DNA of 64,000 nucleotides from an uncultured virus (IMG/VR IMGVR_UViG_3300029951_000024) (lineage: Duplodnaviria; Heunggongvirae; Uroviricota; Caudoviricetes). Positions 7,254 through 17,130 of this stretch are shown here, piece by piece. The notes beneath the pieces were generated by a model, which searched no databases, was not told the origin of the DNA, and was given only the letters and a program-made list of their open reading frames with translations. How positions within the stretch are numbered: the first letter of the stretch is position 1; each line of letters starts with the position of its first letter. The stretch lies in the IMG/VR virus record IMGVR_UViG_3300029951_000024; one strand, written 5' to 3'. The translations under genes and the position numbers were made by a program.

Positions 7254-9269
7254 ATGGGCCTCCTGGAAGTCTCCGTCCCGCTCGCCAGCTCGGATGGGCT
7301 GTACCACGGGCGTTACCCGCAAGGGAACGCTCTGGGTGCGCAGCTCACGGGCGGAGCTTCCAGCGTGGCTGCTGCTGTCGCAGCGCTCACCACGGGTATC
7401 CGTCTCAACGGCGGCCCGGTCTCTCTGTCGGCCGCCAGCGCGACGCTGGGCAGTGCCGGCGCCGGCTTCATCGCCGCGAACAATCAAGGCTATGACGGCC
7501 TTGTAACCGTCAGCCCCGCGGGTGTGCTGGTCAACGGACACGGCAACCCTTTCCAGATCCGCGGTGTCAACGAAGGCGCCTTCGCATCTGCGATCTATTC
7601 CAATCAGCCCATCACGGGCCAGCGCTTCGGCAACACTGGCCCTGGCGGCATCCCGTTCCCGACCCTGGCTGCCTGGGGCGCCAACGGCGTCCGCATCAGC
7701 ATGAACGCCTCGGCGTTCCTGAACGTCATCATCGGCGCGCTCACGGGCTCGCCGACCTCTCCGTCGTGGGGCACCACGATGCAGGCGGACCCGAACGGCA
7801 TCTACAAGAACGCCGTCATCCTCATCGAGCGATGGGCCCGCAAATACAACATGCACACGCTTTGGGACTGCCATTTCTCGGCACCCAAATTCACCTTCGG
7901 CGGTGTGACCCATTACCTCGGCGCCTACGGGCAGCCGCTGTTCATGGACTACGACTGCACGCTGCCGTATTGGACGGCGGCCTACGGCGCAGGTCCTGGC
8001 GTCACCGACGCTGCGGGCTACCCCTCGAGCGGCTTACCTGCCTTCATGGCGCGATGGTTCGGCTCGGCCGCATTGAACACGATGAACAGCGCTCCGGGCG
8101 CGGGCGGCGTCATCGGCGCGGCTGGGGACTATTGGGACCCGAACATCGGCGGCTGGTCTGGTGTCGGGAACCAGATTTACGAGCTGTTCAACGAGCCACA
8201 AGTTGAGCAGCAGACGCTGAACATGAATTCGGCCGCCAACTTCAGTGGCACCGTGCTCACCTCGACGCAGCTGATGGGCCAGGGCGGCTACATCTCCGGC
8301 TTCAGCAATTCGTACGTCGGCACGGGGTCCATCAATGGAGTCCAGGTCGGCCTGCCGCAAGGCATGTGCGGCAACAGCGGCCAGCCCAACACGAACGGCA
8401 ACGCCTACTGCTTCAACTACCCGGTCCGCATGGTCGGCTACGGGACCGTGGTTTCCGGCATTCGAGGGTTGAACTTCCCCAACGTTATCTCTCTGTCAGG
8501 CCCCTCGTATGCAGCGGGCTTCTCGGACATGACGACGTACTGGCCCGTCGGGGACAGGCAGCTTACGGCGACGTGGCACCCGTACGGCAACGGCAGCTTC
8601 CCATCCAGCAGCGACCCCCATGGAGGCTATGCCTTCAACGGCACGAAGTACGGCCTTCAGGTTGTCGCCGCGGTCATCGCCGGCAGTGCGAGCTACACGG
8701 TCAACGGCACCACCATGACGGGGCTCGGCTACCCGGTCCCAGTGCTCGCCACTGAGTACGGCACGTACCAGAGCAGCAGCACGCCAGATCAGTACTGCCA
8801 GTCTATTCACCAGTGGCAGGACAACCAGACCGACACGCACACCGGCACCGCATCCCCTGGGCTGTTCCACAGCTTCATCTGGGCATGGCCAGATCCGGGT
8901 GGCGTTACGGGCTACGGCGGCAACCCCGCTTCGTCCAGCTGGCAGAGCTGCATACTCGCTGCGCCGCAAAATATCGTCGGCTCGGTCAGCAATGTCGTGC
9001 AGACCGGATATGACCAGTATTCCGGGTTGCTCACGGTCAGCAACGCCGAAGGCAATACGATCACCATCGGTGACTACATCACCAATGGCCTGAGCATCAA
9101 CGGCGCCTGGATTGGCCCGCAGCTCTCCGGCACCACCGGGGGAGCCGGGACCTACGTCATCAGTATCGGCCAGAACGTCGGGGCGACCACGCTCACCAAG
9201 CAGGCATGGCTGCCCGCCGCTGGCGAAGGGCAGACGACTTACAACTGGATGCAGCCCCATGCTCCGTAA
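7254..9269 (+). CDS. GH5-like (clan GH-A) glycoside hydrolase, probably virion-associated
   Basis: IRGVN, WGANGVRI, YELFNEP (acid/base Glu), WHPY, PVLATEYG (nucleophile Glu), WAW; N-terminus carries two 20-aa repeats like those of the next gene. Confidence 0.75.
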   Translation: MGLLEVSVPLASSDGLYHGRYPQGNALGAQLTGGASSVAAAVAALTTGIRLNGGPVSLSAASATLGSAGAGFIAANNQGYDGLVTVSPAGVLVNGHGNPFQIRGVNEGAFASAIYSNQPITGQRFGNTGPGGIPFPTLAAWGANGVRISMNASAFLNVIIGALTGSPTSPSWGTTMQADPNGIYKNAVILIERWARKYNMHTLWDCHFSAPKFTFGGVTHYLGAYGQPLFMDYDCTLPYWTAAYGAGPGVTDAAGYPSSGLPAFMARWFGSAALNTMNSAPGAGGVIGAAGDYWDPNIGGWSGVGNQIYELFNEPQVEQQTLNMNSAANFSGTVLTSTQLMGQGGYISGFSNSYVGTGSINGVQVGLPQGMCGNSGQPNTNGNAYCFNYPVRMVGYGTVVSGIRGLNFPNVISLSGPSYAAGFSDMTTYWPVGDRQLTATWHPYGNGSFPSSSDPHGGYAFNGTKYGLQVVAAVIAGSASYTVNGTTMTGLGYPVPVLATEYGTYQSSSTPDQYCQSIHQWQDNQTDTHTGTASPGLFHSFIWAWPDPGGVTGYGGNPASSSWQSCILAAPQNIVGSVSNVVQTGYDQYSGLLTVSNAEGNTITIGDYITNGLSINGAWIGPQLSGTTGGAGTYVISIGQNVGATTLTKQAWLPAAGEGQTTYNWMQPHAP

Positions 9270-9281
9270 CGGCGTCCAGTC

Positions 9282-11480
9282 ATGACCGCATCTGTCGTTC
9301 AAGAAAATTCGACCGCGGTTGCGTCGCCGGAGCTAAACACTCAGTCCCTGGCGTTTGCCTCGGCCTGCGCGATCGGCAACGCGATCGAAGTGCATGTCCA
9401 TCACGGCAGCACCTCGGCCACGTACAACCTGCCGCAGTCGATCACCGATGACCAGGGCCAGACCTACTCGTTTGGCTCTTCGTACCTGAGCACTGGGTCC
9501 GGCGCACAGATCTCGGTTTACTACCTGAACGACAATCTGCACGCCACCGCGCTGGATATCACGGCCTCTTGGGTGGGTGGCCCGAATGGCGGGCTGTCCG
9601 GGTCCTACCCGGCAATGTGGATCAAGGAAATCGGCGGCGTTACCGCGACGGCCTATCAGACCTCCGGCGGCCAGACGCAGAACAGTCCCGGCACGGGCGC
9701 CAACGCGATCACCACGGGCAATGTGACCCCGACCTCGCAGCCTGCGCTGCTGTCGGCGCTGTGCATCAACGACACCGGCACCACGCCTCCAGCCTCGGCC
9801 GGCACCGGATTTACCAGTGGCACGACCGGCATGAGCAGCAGCGCGGTCAGCGAGTCCATGCGGCTGACATCGACTTCCGCCGTGGCCGCGACATTCACCG
9901 ACGCCACCAACGGTGGCGGCTCTATTTTCGACACAATGGCCGTCGTGTGGAACGAAGCGGGCGCGGCGGGCGCCGCCCTGGCTGGCGCGCCGATCTCCGC
10001 GAGCACCGCCACTGGTGCGCTCTCCACGGCGATCAAGATGGGCGGGGCGGGCAGCTCGGTCAGCGCGGCCGCGGCGGCGCTACTGAACTACGCGAGTGTG
10101 GTGCTGGGCCCCACCGTGTACGCAGGCATCGGCAGCATCCTGGATCCGAACGCGCAGTGGACGGCGGGCGCTCCCTATGTCGGGAACACCGTCTACTACG
10201 ACGCCACCCACATATCCATCCTCTCGGATGGCGAGGTAGTGTCGAACTCAAACAACACTGTGGCCCTGGCGCAGTGGTACAACGGCACGACCTGGAGTCA
10301 GCTCTTCATCGTGCTGACGCCGAACATGGTGTCGTATGCGAACGCGGTCTCCGTGGCGCTTGCGACCATGTCCACGGCGATCCAGCTCAGTGCTGCGGCG
10401 ACCTCACTGTCGAGCGCTGCTGCGGGACTGACGACGCACGTTCCGCTGGCCGGCGCGGCCGCGGACCTGTCGGCTGCGACCTCGACGCTCAACACGGCCA
10501 TTCGGTTGGTGGCAGCTGCCGTCGATACCAGCACCGCCAGTGGCACGCTCTTCGCGCTGGACAGCATTGCCGGCAACGCGGTCTCCACAGACACCGCGAC
10601 GGGCAACCTCCTGGCTCAGATCGTGCTGATTGCCCAGGCTGCCGTGACGGTATCCACGGCGGCCGCGGCGATCACCACGCACATCATGGCGGCCGCGAAT
10701 GCGGCGAGCGCCAGCGCGGCGAGCGGCAACATGACCAGCGGCGCGCTGCTGTTCGGCAACGCTCAGGCCGTCTCCCTGGCCAGCGCGGCGCTGATAAACC
10801 AGATCAAACTGGCTGCGCCGGCGCTGGCTGCCAGCTACGCGAGCGCGCAGCTGTCCACACAGATCTCTCTGGCGGCCAACGCGGCGACCGACAGCTCGAG
10901 CGGATTCGGAACGCTGACCACGTTCAACGCGCTCAACAGCAACGCTCAGTCGCTGTCGAGCGCCGGCGCGCAGATCTCCACCGTCATCAGCATGTCGGGC
11001 ATCGCGTTCTCCTACCTGAACGCCAACGCCGATATGAACACGGCCGTCGACCTGGGCGGCGACGCGGTATCGGGCAGCACCGTGGTGGCGACATTCACGG
11101 CCACCGGATCGCCGGTGGGCCTGTACACCGAAGACCCGCTCTTCGTGGTCACGAGCCAGCGTAACGGCTACACGCAGCGCTTCCCGATGGTCGGTCCCGG
11201 AGAGGTGCACGTGCTCTCGTTCGACTACGCAAGCTCGCTGCTGACCGGCGAGGTGATGCAGGGCCGCATCAATGTCTACGTAGTGAACAGCGCCGGTGAG
11301 GACCAGAACCCCGGCTTGATCCTCACCGCGGTTGCCGGCTACGACCCGACGCTCACGCTGGTGGAACAGCCAGTGCAGCCCGTCCTGACGGACAACGACT
11401 ACTACTTCACGGTAGTGGCGCCGACCACGACCCCGAACAAGACCCTGGCCGCCTTTGGCCTTCTGTCAGTACGAGGCTGA
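9282..11480 (+). CDS. fibre 'string' protein 1: N-terminal beta-rich domain, about 15 x 20-aa Ala/Ser/Thr repeats, C-terminal adaptor-like domain
   Basis: Repeats such as LAGAAADLSAATSTLNTAIR; C-terminal PGEVHVLSFDYASSL motif; N-terminus paralogous to 17131..19728. Confidence 0.75.
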   Translation: MTASVVQENSTAVASPELNTQSLAFASACAIGNAIEVHVHHGSTSATYNLPQSITDDQGQTYSFGSSYLSTGSGAQISVYYLNDNLHATALDITASWVGGPNGGLSGSYPAMWIKEIGGVTATAYQTSGGQTQNSPGTGANAITTGNVTPTSQPALLSALCINDTGTTPPASAGTGFTSGTTGMSSSAVSESMRLTSTSAVAATFTDATNGGGSIFDTMAVVWNEAGAAGAALAGAPISASTATGALSTAIKMGGAGSSVSAAAAALLNYASVVLGPTVYAGIGSILDPNAQWTAGAPYVGNTVYYDATHISILSDGEVVSNSNNTVALAQWYNGTTWSQLFIVLTPNMVSYANAVSVALATMSTAIQLSAAATSLSSAAAGLTTHVPLAGAAADLSAATSTLNTAIRLVAAAVDTSTASGTLFALDSIAGNAVSTDTATGNLLAQIVLIAQAAVTVSTAAAAITTHIMAAANAASASAASGNMTSGALLFGNAQAVSLASAALINQIKLAAPALAASYASAQLSTQISLAANAATDSSSGFGTLTTFNALNSNAQSLSSAGAQISTVISMSGIAFSYLNANADMNTAVDLGGDAVSGSTVVATFTATGSPVGLYTEDPLFVVTSQRNGYTQRFPMVGPGEVHVLSFDYASSLLTGEVMQGRINVYVVNSAGEDQNPGLILTAVAGYDPTLTLVEQPVQPVLTDNDYYFTVVAPTTTPNKTLAAFGLLSVRG

Positions 11481-11486
11481 AGCACG

Positions 11487-12890
11487 ATGAGCGATCGCGA
11501 GCACCGGATGCAGGTTGTCGATAAGGGCGCCTTCTACACCACCGAGCAGCTGGGCAAGACCCGCTTCTTCACGCCGGAAGGCTACCTGGTGTGCGTGGGC
11601 GTCCCGATCGCCCGCACCGGCACGCAGCTGTACCAAGAGAAGGAGCTGAACCCTCCCGGTGAGACGATCCTCAAGGGCGACGCCAACGGCATCGTGCGGG
11701 TCAAGCGTGAAGAGTCCGAGGTGTTCAACCCCGAGACGATGGCGAGCGCTGAAGGCAAGTCCATCACGATCGAGCATCCCCCGGAGTTTGTGACCCCTGA
11801 GAATCACAAGCTCTACGAAGTCGGGCACATGCAGCACGTGCGCCGCGGCGAGGGCGAGCAGTCTGATTTGCTGGTCGCCGATTGGATCATCAAGGATCCC
11901 ATCGCGATCAAGTATGCGAACGAAGAGTTTCCGGAAGTCAGCTCTGGCTACGACGCGGGCTACCGGCAGGAAAAGGACGGTGAGGCCTCACAGCACACCA
12001 TCCTCATCAACCACGGCGCGATGGTACGGCGCGGACGCGCTGGCCCGCGAGTAGCTATTCAAGATCACAATTCAACTGAGGTAATAGAGATGGCTGGAAA
12101 GAATAAGGGCGTCCTGGCGGCCGTCTTGGCAGCGCTCGGTCACAAGACCGAAGACGCAGCGAAGATCGTTAACGCTGTCGAGTCCCTGGAGACTGGCGAC
12201 GCGGCGGTGCATACCGAGGACTCCGAGACCCTGAAGCTCCTGAAGAGCATGGACAGTCGGCTCAAGGGCCTGGAAGACAAGAACGCGACCCGCGACGCTG
12301 CGGAGGCGGAAGCCAAGGCGAAGGACGAAGCCGAGGCCGAAGAGAAGCGCAAGGCCGAAGACGCCGCGCGCGCTGCTGCTGCCGTCAAGGATGACTCCGA
12401 GACCATGGAAGAGACCGGCGACACGGTCATCGAGGCGGAAAGCGCCGGCATGGTCATCAACCTGGGTACGGTCTACACCGGCGACAACGGCGAGAAGATC
12501 GACGCGCACCGTGAAGTCGCTTCCCGCGTTGAGATCATCGCCCCGGGCACTAAGGTCCCGACGGCTGATGCGCTCAAGGGCAACAAGGGCAAGGCCCTGG
12601 CCGGCGTGCTGCGTCAGGCTCTGACGGCGCACTCGACCAAGGATGCTGCTGGCGCTGCGAACGTGAAAGCGTTCCTGATCGGCCGTACGGTCGACAGCCT
12701 CTCCGGCTCTCATCTGCTGGGTGCCTTCAACGGCGTTGCCGCACTGGCCGCTGCGCAGAACAACGCGCGTCAGCGCGAAGTGGCTGCGCCGACCACGGAC
12801 GCGATCGGCCTCGGCAAGATGCCGAGCATCGCGGACATGAACGCTGGCGCGAAGAAGTTCTGGCCCGCCGCCGGCGGCGAGACGCTGTAA
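11487..12890 (+). CDS. prohead protease/scaffold (DUF2213)
   Basis: TPEGYLVC..PIARTGTQLY, ITIEHP, EVSSGYDA, INHGAMVRRGRAG motifs and charged scaffold tail. Confidence 0.9.
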   Translation: MSDREHRMQVVDKGAFYTTEQLGKTRFFTPEGYLVCVGVPIARTGTQLYQEKELNPPGETILKGDANGIVRVKREESEVFNPETMASAEGKSITIEHPPEFVTPENHKLYEVGHMQHVRRGEGEQSDLLVADWIIKDPIAIKYANEEFPEVSSGYDAGYRQEKDGEASQHTILINHGAMVRRGRAGPRVAIQDHNSTEVIEMAGKNKGVLAAVLAALGHKTEDAAKIVNAVESLETGDAAVHTEDSETLKLLKSMDSRLKGLEDKNATRDAAEAEAKAKDEAEAEEKRKAEDAARAAAAVKDDSETMEETGDTVIEAESAGMVINLGTVYTGDNGEKIDAHREVASRVEIIAPGTKVPTADALKGNKGKALAGVLRQALTAHSTKDAAGAANVKAFLIGRTVDSLSGSHLLGAFNGVAALAAAQNNARQREVAAPTTDAIGLGKMPSIADMNAGAKKFWPAAGGETL

Positions 12891-12918
12891 CCCGAAACTC
12901 CCAAGTCCTTCCCCTCTG

Positions 12919-12949
12919 ACGGCTGCCTTCGGGTGGCCGTTTTCATTTC
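12919..12949 (+). terminator. UUCG hairpin / terminator
   Basis: ACGGCTGCC-TTCG-GGTGGCCGT followed by TTTCATTT. Confidence 0.6.
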
Positions 12950-12964
12950 TGGAGAAACTTTCAA

Positions 12965-13459
12965 ATGACTTCGTACATGTTCCGTATGCCGGCCGGCGTG
13001 GCGGGCGCCATCAGCCGCCCTGGCTCGCCGACCGACGTTGAGCCCAACGTCCTCAATTCTGGCTCGGTATTCCCGGGCTATGGCCTGCCCGGCAAGATCG
13101 TCTCCGGCCTGTTCGTGCCGCTCGCGACCTCCGCCGACGTGGCCTACGGCTTCCTCGAGCGTCCGTACCCCATCACCGGCGGTGTCAGCGACGGTCTGGG
13201 CGTGTCCACGCCTCCGACCTCCGGCCTCGTGGGCGTCATGCGCAAGGGCTACATGATGGTCAAGTGCAACGCCGGCAGCCCGACTCGCGGTGGCCTCGTG
13301 TACTTCCGCTACGCCAACGGCGTGACTGCAACTCCGGTCGGTGGCATCGAAGCCGCTGCGGTTGCGAGCACCACGGCTGTCCTGACGGGCGCGCAGTTCA
13401 TGGGCCCGGCGGATGCCAATGGCAACGTCGAAATCTCCTTCGGCGGCACGAACCAGTAA
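12965..13459 (+). CDS. capsid decoration/cement protein
   Basis: RMPAGVAGAISR..RPYP..MRKGYM..GPADANGNVEI; sits between scaffold and major capsid genes. Confidence 0.8.
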   Translation: MTSYMFRMPAGVAGAISRPGSPTDVEPNVLNSGSVFPGYGLPGKIVSGLFVPLATSADVAYGFLERPYPITGGVSDGLGVSTPPTSGLVGVMRKGYMMVKCNAGSPTRGGLVYFRYANGVTATPVGGIEAAAVASTTAVLTGAQFMGPADANGNVEISFGGTNQ

Positions 13460-13513
13460 GCGGCATCCCGCCGCGGCTGCAATCACCTTCTACTCTTTTC
13501 GAGGATCAATCAA

Positions 13514-14641
13514 ATGTACGCAGTGAATCATCTGCCGGCCGGTGTGCGCACGCGGCGGTCTGTCATGCACGTGGTCAAGGATCTGACCACGCCGCTGAAT
13601 CGCCGGCGCCCCATGGAGCGCGCCGACGTGGTCCGCATGATCGACAACATGCCGACCTTCGACAACTCCATGCAGACCTACGATCGCGCCACGATTGACG
13701 CCGCGGGCGTGTTCCTGATCGGTGAGCTGGAAAAGCTCGACCCGACGCTGCACCAGCCCCTGCTGGCCTACACCTGGCGCCGGGACATCGACCTGCGCGA
13801 AGACGTGACGGTGGCGGACGAAGAGTCCAGCTGGACCAACAGCAACATCGCCTCGCAGAACAGCGTCAACAGCTCGAACAAGGCGTGGGTCACCAAGACC
13901 TCGAACGCAATCCCGACCGTGATGCTGGATATCGGCAAGACGGCGCAGCCCCTGAGCCCCTGGGGCATCGAGCTGAAGTGGTCGATTTTCGAGCTGGAGT
14001 CGGCGAAGCGCATCGGTCGCGACATCGTCTCGGCCAAGATCGAAGGCGTGCAGCGCAAGTGGAACATGGACGCCGACGAACAGGTGTACATGGGTGACAC
14101 CACGCTGGGCCTGGGCGGCATGTTCAACCATCCGCTCATCACCAACGTCGGCAACGCTTCCAACGGCAGCTGGTCCAGCGCCACCGCTGCGGCCATCCTG
14201 GCTGACTTCAACGCCGCGTTGCTGTCTGCCTGGGGCAGCACCGGCACGGCCCTGCCGCCCAACAAGGTGCTGATCGACCCCGCGTCGTTCAACATCTTGG
14301 CGACCACCATCGTCAGCAACGCCGGCAACCTGTCGCTCCTGGGCTTCCTCATCAAGAACAACATCGTGGCGCTGCAGCGCCAGCCGCTCGACATTCAGCC
14401 TGTGAAGTGGCTGACGGGCACCGGCAACACGTTCGGCGGGTTCACCGGCATGGGCCCTGCGGCGACCAACAGCCTGTTCGTGTACCGCCAGGAGAAGACG
14501 ATGATCCGAATCCCCGTCATCCCCCTGCTGCGCACGCCCCCGGACTACCGCGGGATCTTCCAGCACGTGACCTACTACAGCCGCATCGGCGTGGTCGAGC
14601 CCGTGTACCCGGAAACCTGCGTCCTGCGCTCGGGCCTGTAA
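13514..14641 (+). CDS. major capsid protein (DUF2184, HK97 fold)
   Basis: FLIGELEKLDPTLHQPL..TWRRDIDLREDV, DEQVYMGD, GVVEPVYPET motifs; position. Confidence 0.9.
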   Translation: MYAVNHLPAGVRTRRSVMHVVKDLTTPLNRRRPMERADVVRMIDNMPTFDNSMQTYDRATIDAAGVFLIGELEKLDPTLHQPLLAYTWRRDIDLREDVTVADEESSWTNSNIASQNSVNSSNKAWVTKTSNAIPTVMLDIGKTAQPLSPWGIELKWSIFELESAKRIGRDIVSAKIEGVQRKWNMDADEQVYMGDTTLGLGGMFNHPLITNVGNASNGSWSSATAAAILADFNAALLSAWGSTGTALPPNKVLIDPASFNILATTIVSNAGNLSLLGFLIKNNIVALQRQPLDIQPVKWLTGTGNTFGGFTGMGPAATNSLFVYRQEKTMIRIPVIPLLRTPPDYRGIFQHVTYYSRIGVVEPVYPETCVLRSGL

Positions 14642-14653
14642 GGCCGCAGCGCG

Positions 14654-14686
14654 TCCCCCGGCTGCGCCAATTGGCGCACCGGGGGA
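14654..14686. repeat. dispersed palindrome copy 3 (TGCGCCAATTGGCGCA at 14663-14678) within a longer hairpin
   Basis: Flanked by TCCCCCGG/CCGGGGGA just after the capsid stop codon. Confidence 0.9.
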
Positions 14687-14716
14687 TTCCTCCTATTCCA
14701 AAAAAGAGAGAAGCCC

Positions 14717-15100
14717 ATGTCACGCATCGTAGTGCTTCGGCCGTTCGTGCTGAATTACCCCACGACGATCCAGAACGCGCAGGGCGATGAAGTCGCCACT
14801 GTGAAAGAGGTGAAGTTCGCAAAGGGCGAGCACGAAGTGCCCGACGAGATTGCGAATCACTGGTACATCAAGTCCCTCGCTGACGGACGCATCGAATCCC
14901 CCGAGGCCGTTGCTGCCCGCCTGACGCTGAGTGCTGAAGAGGCCGAGCGCCAGCTGGCTTTGAACAAGCAGCTCCTGGAAGACGCACAGCGCACGCTCGC
15001 GCGTGTCCAGGGCCAGGCCACCCCGCAGGACGTGGGCGGCGTACAGCTCGACGGCGCCAAGGTCGACCCCAAGGCCGACGGCAAAAAGGCCGCGAAGTAA
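14717..15100 (+). CDS. phage structural/packaging accessory protein
   Basis: FAKGEHEVPDEIANHWYIK motif plus coiled coil; position after major capsid. Confidence 0.7.
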   Translation: MSRIVVLRPFVLNYPTTIQNAQGDEVATVKEVKFAKGEHEVPDEIANHWYIKSLADGRIESPEAVAARLTLSAEEAERQLALNKQLLEDAQRTLARVQGQATPQDVGGVQLDGAKVDPKADGKKAAK

Positions 15101-15103
15101 GTC

Positions 15104-15568
15104 ATGTTCGTTTTCTCGCCCAGCACGTTCAGAGAGGACTACCCGGAGTTTTCGGACCCCTTAGTCTTTTCTGACGGCGTCCTCACGCGCTGGGCGCTCG
15201 TTGCCAGCAAGCTACTCAATGCCGACCGATGGTGTGAACTCATCGGCTTCGGCACGGGGTTGTGGATCGCACACCAGCTGGCAATGGCCAAGCAGAACCA
15301 GAAGGCCGCCGCCACCGGCGGCACTCCTGGGCAAATCAATGGACCCATCACCTCCAAGACGGTGTCCAAGGTTTCGGTCAGCTATGACCCCAGCGCCGTG
15401 ACCATCGAAGGTGGCGGCAACTACAACGCGACGAGCTACGGCCGCGACTTCCTGTATCACGGCCAGCTGCTCGGCGCCGGCCCGATACAGCTGAGCGGCC
15501 ATGGCGAGCCGCATCCGGCTTACCCGGGCACCGACATCTTCTTTGGTGAGTACATCGGCTATGGCTAA
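15104..15568 (+). CDS. head-tail connector (DUF4054)
   Basis: FREDYPEFSD, SKTVSKVSVSYD, YNATSYGRDF motifs. Confidence 0.85.
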   Translation: MFVFSPSTFREDYPEFSDPLVFSDGVLTRWALVASKLLNADRWCELIGFGTGLWIAHQLAMAKQNQKAAATGGTPGQINGPITSKTVSKVSVSYDPSAVTIEGGGNYNATSYGRDFLYHGQLLGAGPIQLSGHGEPHPAYPGTDIFFGEYIGYG

Positions 15569-16136
15569 CGATCGCGTCCGCGTGACCCGCGATCGCGTGA
15601 GTGAAGTCCTGTCCGCAGTCACCAAGCTGGTCGGCCGTGAGGTCCTGGTCGGCATCCCTGAAGACAATACCGAGCGCGTCAACGGCGATGAAGCCACCAA
15701 CGCGCAGCTCGGCTACGTGCATGAATTCGGCAGCCCCGCCAAGAACATCCCGGCGCGGCCGTTCCTGATCCCCGGGACAGAGAAGGTACTCGATCGTGCG
15801 ACAGAAGAACTCAGCTTGGCGGCCGACGCCACGATGGACGGGGACGCACGCAAGGCTACGCAGCACCTGGTGGCTGCTGGCCTTATTGCGGAAGACGGCG
15901 CGAAGAATGAAATCAGCACTGCTGACTACGTGCCGCTGAGCCCTCGAACGATTGCCGAGCGCTACAAGAGCCGCAACGCGATGAACCCCCGCTCCAGTGA
16001 GAGCAAGTATTTGCAGCTGGTCGCCGGCGGCATGGATCCGGAGGCCGCGCAGGCCGCCGTGGGAATCCGGCCGCTCATCAATACCGGCCAGCTGCGCGAC
16101 GCCATCACCTCGGTGGTGCGCAAGGTTGAAAGCTAA
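15561..16136 (+). CDS. neck / tail completion protein
   Basis: VLVGIPE, HEFGSPAKNIPARPFL, PLINTGQLRDAIT motifs. Confidence 0.8.
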   Translation: MANDRVRVTRDRVSEVLSAVTKLVGREVLVGIPEDNTERVNGDEATNAQLGYVHEFGSPAKNIPARPFLIPGTEKVLDRATEELSLAADATMDGDARKATQHLVAAGLIAEDGAKNEISTADYVPLSPRTIAERYKSRNAMNPRSSESKYLQLVAGGMDPEAAQAAVGIRPLINTGQLRDAITSVVRKVES

Positions 16137-16519
16137 TGGCCAGCCTCGACATGTCGGACGCATTCGATCCGGACACGATGGACGAGGCCGTATGCGTGCG
16201 CTCCGGGCCGCAGACCATCAACGAAAGCGGCATCGCCTCGCAGGCGACTTCAAACACTACGTTCTACGGCGCCTTCATCAGCGAGGGTCGCTGGATCCAG
16301 CGCGGCGCGGATTGGGAGCGCGTGTCGGGAAGCATGTTATGCGTCACCCCGTTCCTGCTGAACGACGGCTCGAAGGGCCAGACGGCCGATGTCGTTGTCT
16401 TCGCCGGCCGCAGCTACACCGTGTCCAACGTCAATGACTTCAGCAACTACGGGCCCGGCTTCGTAGACGCAACCCTTGATCTGCTGCCGCTGTCCGGCGG
16501 CCCGTCAACCAATTTGTAA
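16136..16519 (+). CDS. head closure / head-tail adaptor
   Basis: ADVVVFAGRSYTVSNVNDFSNYGPGF; position. Confidence 0.75.
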   Translation: MASLDMSDAFDPDTMDEAVCVRSGPQTINESGIASQATSNTTFYGAFISEGRWIQRGADWERVSGSMLCVTPFLLNDGSKGQTADVVVFAGRSYTVSNVNDFSNYGPGFVDATLDLLPLSGGPSTNL

Positions 16520-16541
16520 ACCGTTTGAAAGAGGACCCCAC

Positions 16542-17057
16542 ATGTTCATGAAGAAAATGCGTTCGGCGTTCGCTCTGGGTCTGCTGGCCCTGGGCAGCTT
16601 CGGCGCCGCACTGGCCCCGTCGATTGCGGAAGCAACCCCGCAGTACACCACGACCCATCGCACGAATTCGATGACGGACCTCATCACGGCGATCGGCTCG
16701 ACCGGCTACCTGATGATCCTCTCCGGTACGCAGCCGGCTTCGGTGGCCACGGTTGACTCCGGCACCGAACTGGTCGACATGCCGCTGTCCTCGACCGCGG
16801 GCACTGCCTCGGGTGGCGTGCTGACCTTCGGCAGCATCACGGCGACCGCCGCTGTTGCCACCGGCACCGCCGCGCACTGGCTGCTGTGCACGACCAGCTC
16901 GGTAGCGAACTGCGTTGCAGTCTCCAGCACCACGCGAATCGCGCAGGGCTCGGTGGGCACCTCGGGTGCGGACCTTAACTTCGCCGGCGGCGTGTCGTTC
17001 ACCTCCGGTGAAACCATCTCGGTGACCAGCTTCACGATCACGGCGAACGGCGCCTAA
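16542..17057 (+). CDS. second virion fibre subunit ('bead') with predicted Sec signal peptide
   Basis: GAGG RBS; 31-aa leader ending PSIAEA; mature part SGTQPA..GTELV..ATGTAAH..QGSVGTSGADLN..ISVTSFTITAN is a familiar phage structural family. Confidence 0.8.
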   Translation: MFMKKMRSAFALGLLALGSFGAALAPSIAEATPQYTTTHRTNSMTDLITAIGSTGYLMILSGTQPASVATVDSGTELVDMPLSSTAGTASGGVLTFGSITATAAVATGTAAHWLLCTTSSVANCVAVSSTTRIAQGSVGTSGADLNFAGGVSFTSGETISVTSFTITANGA

Positions 17058-17130
17058 GACGAAGCGCGCAAGACGATACGAGCCACCACAGGGAGGTGGT
17101 TGGCGAAATGTAGGGACGTAGGGCTGAACC

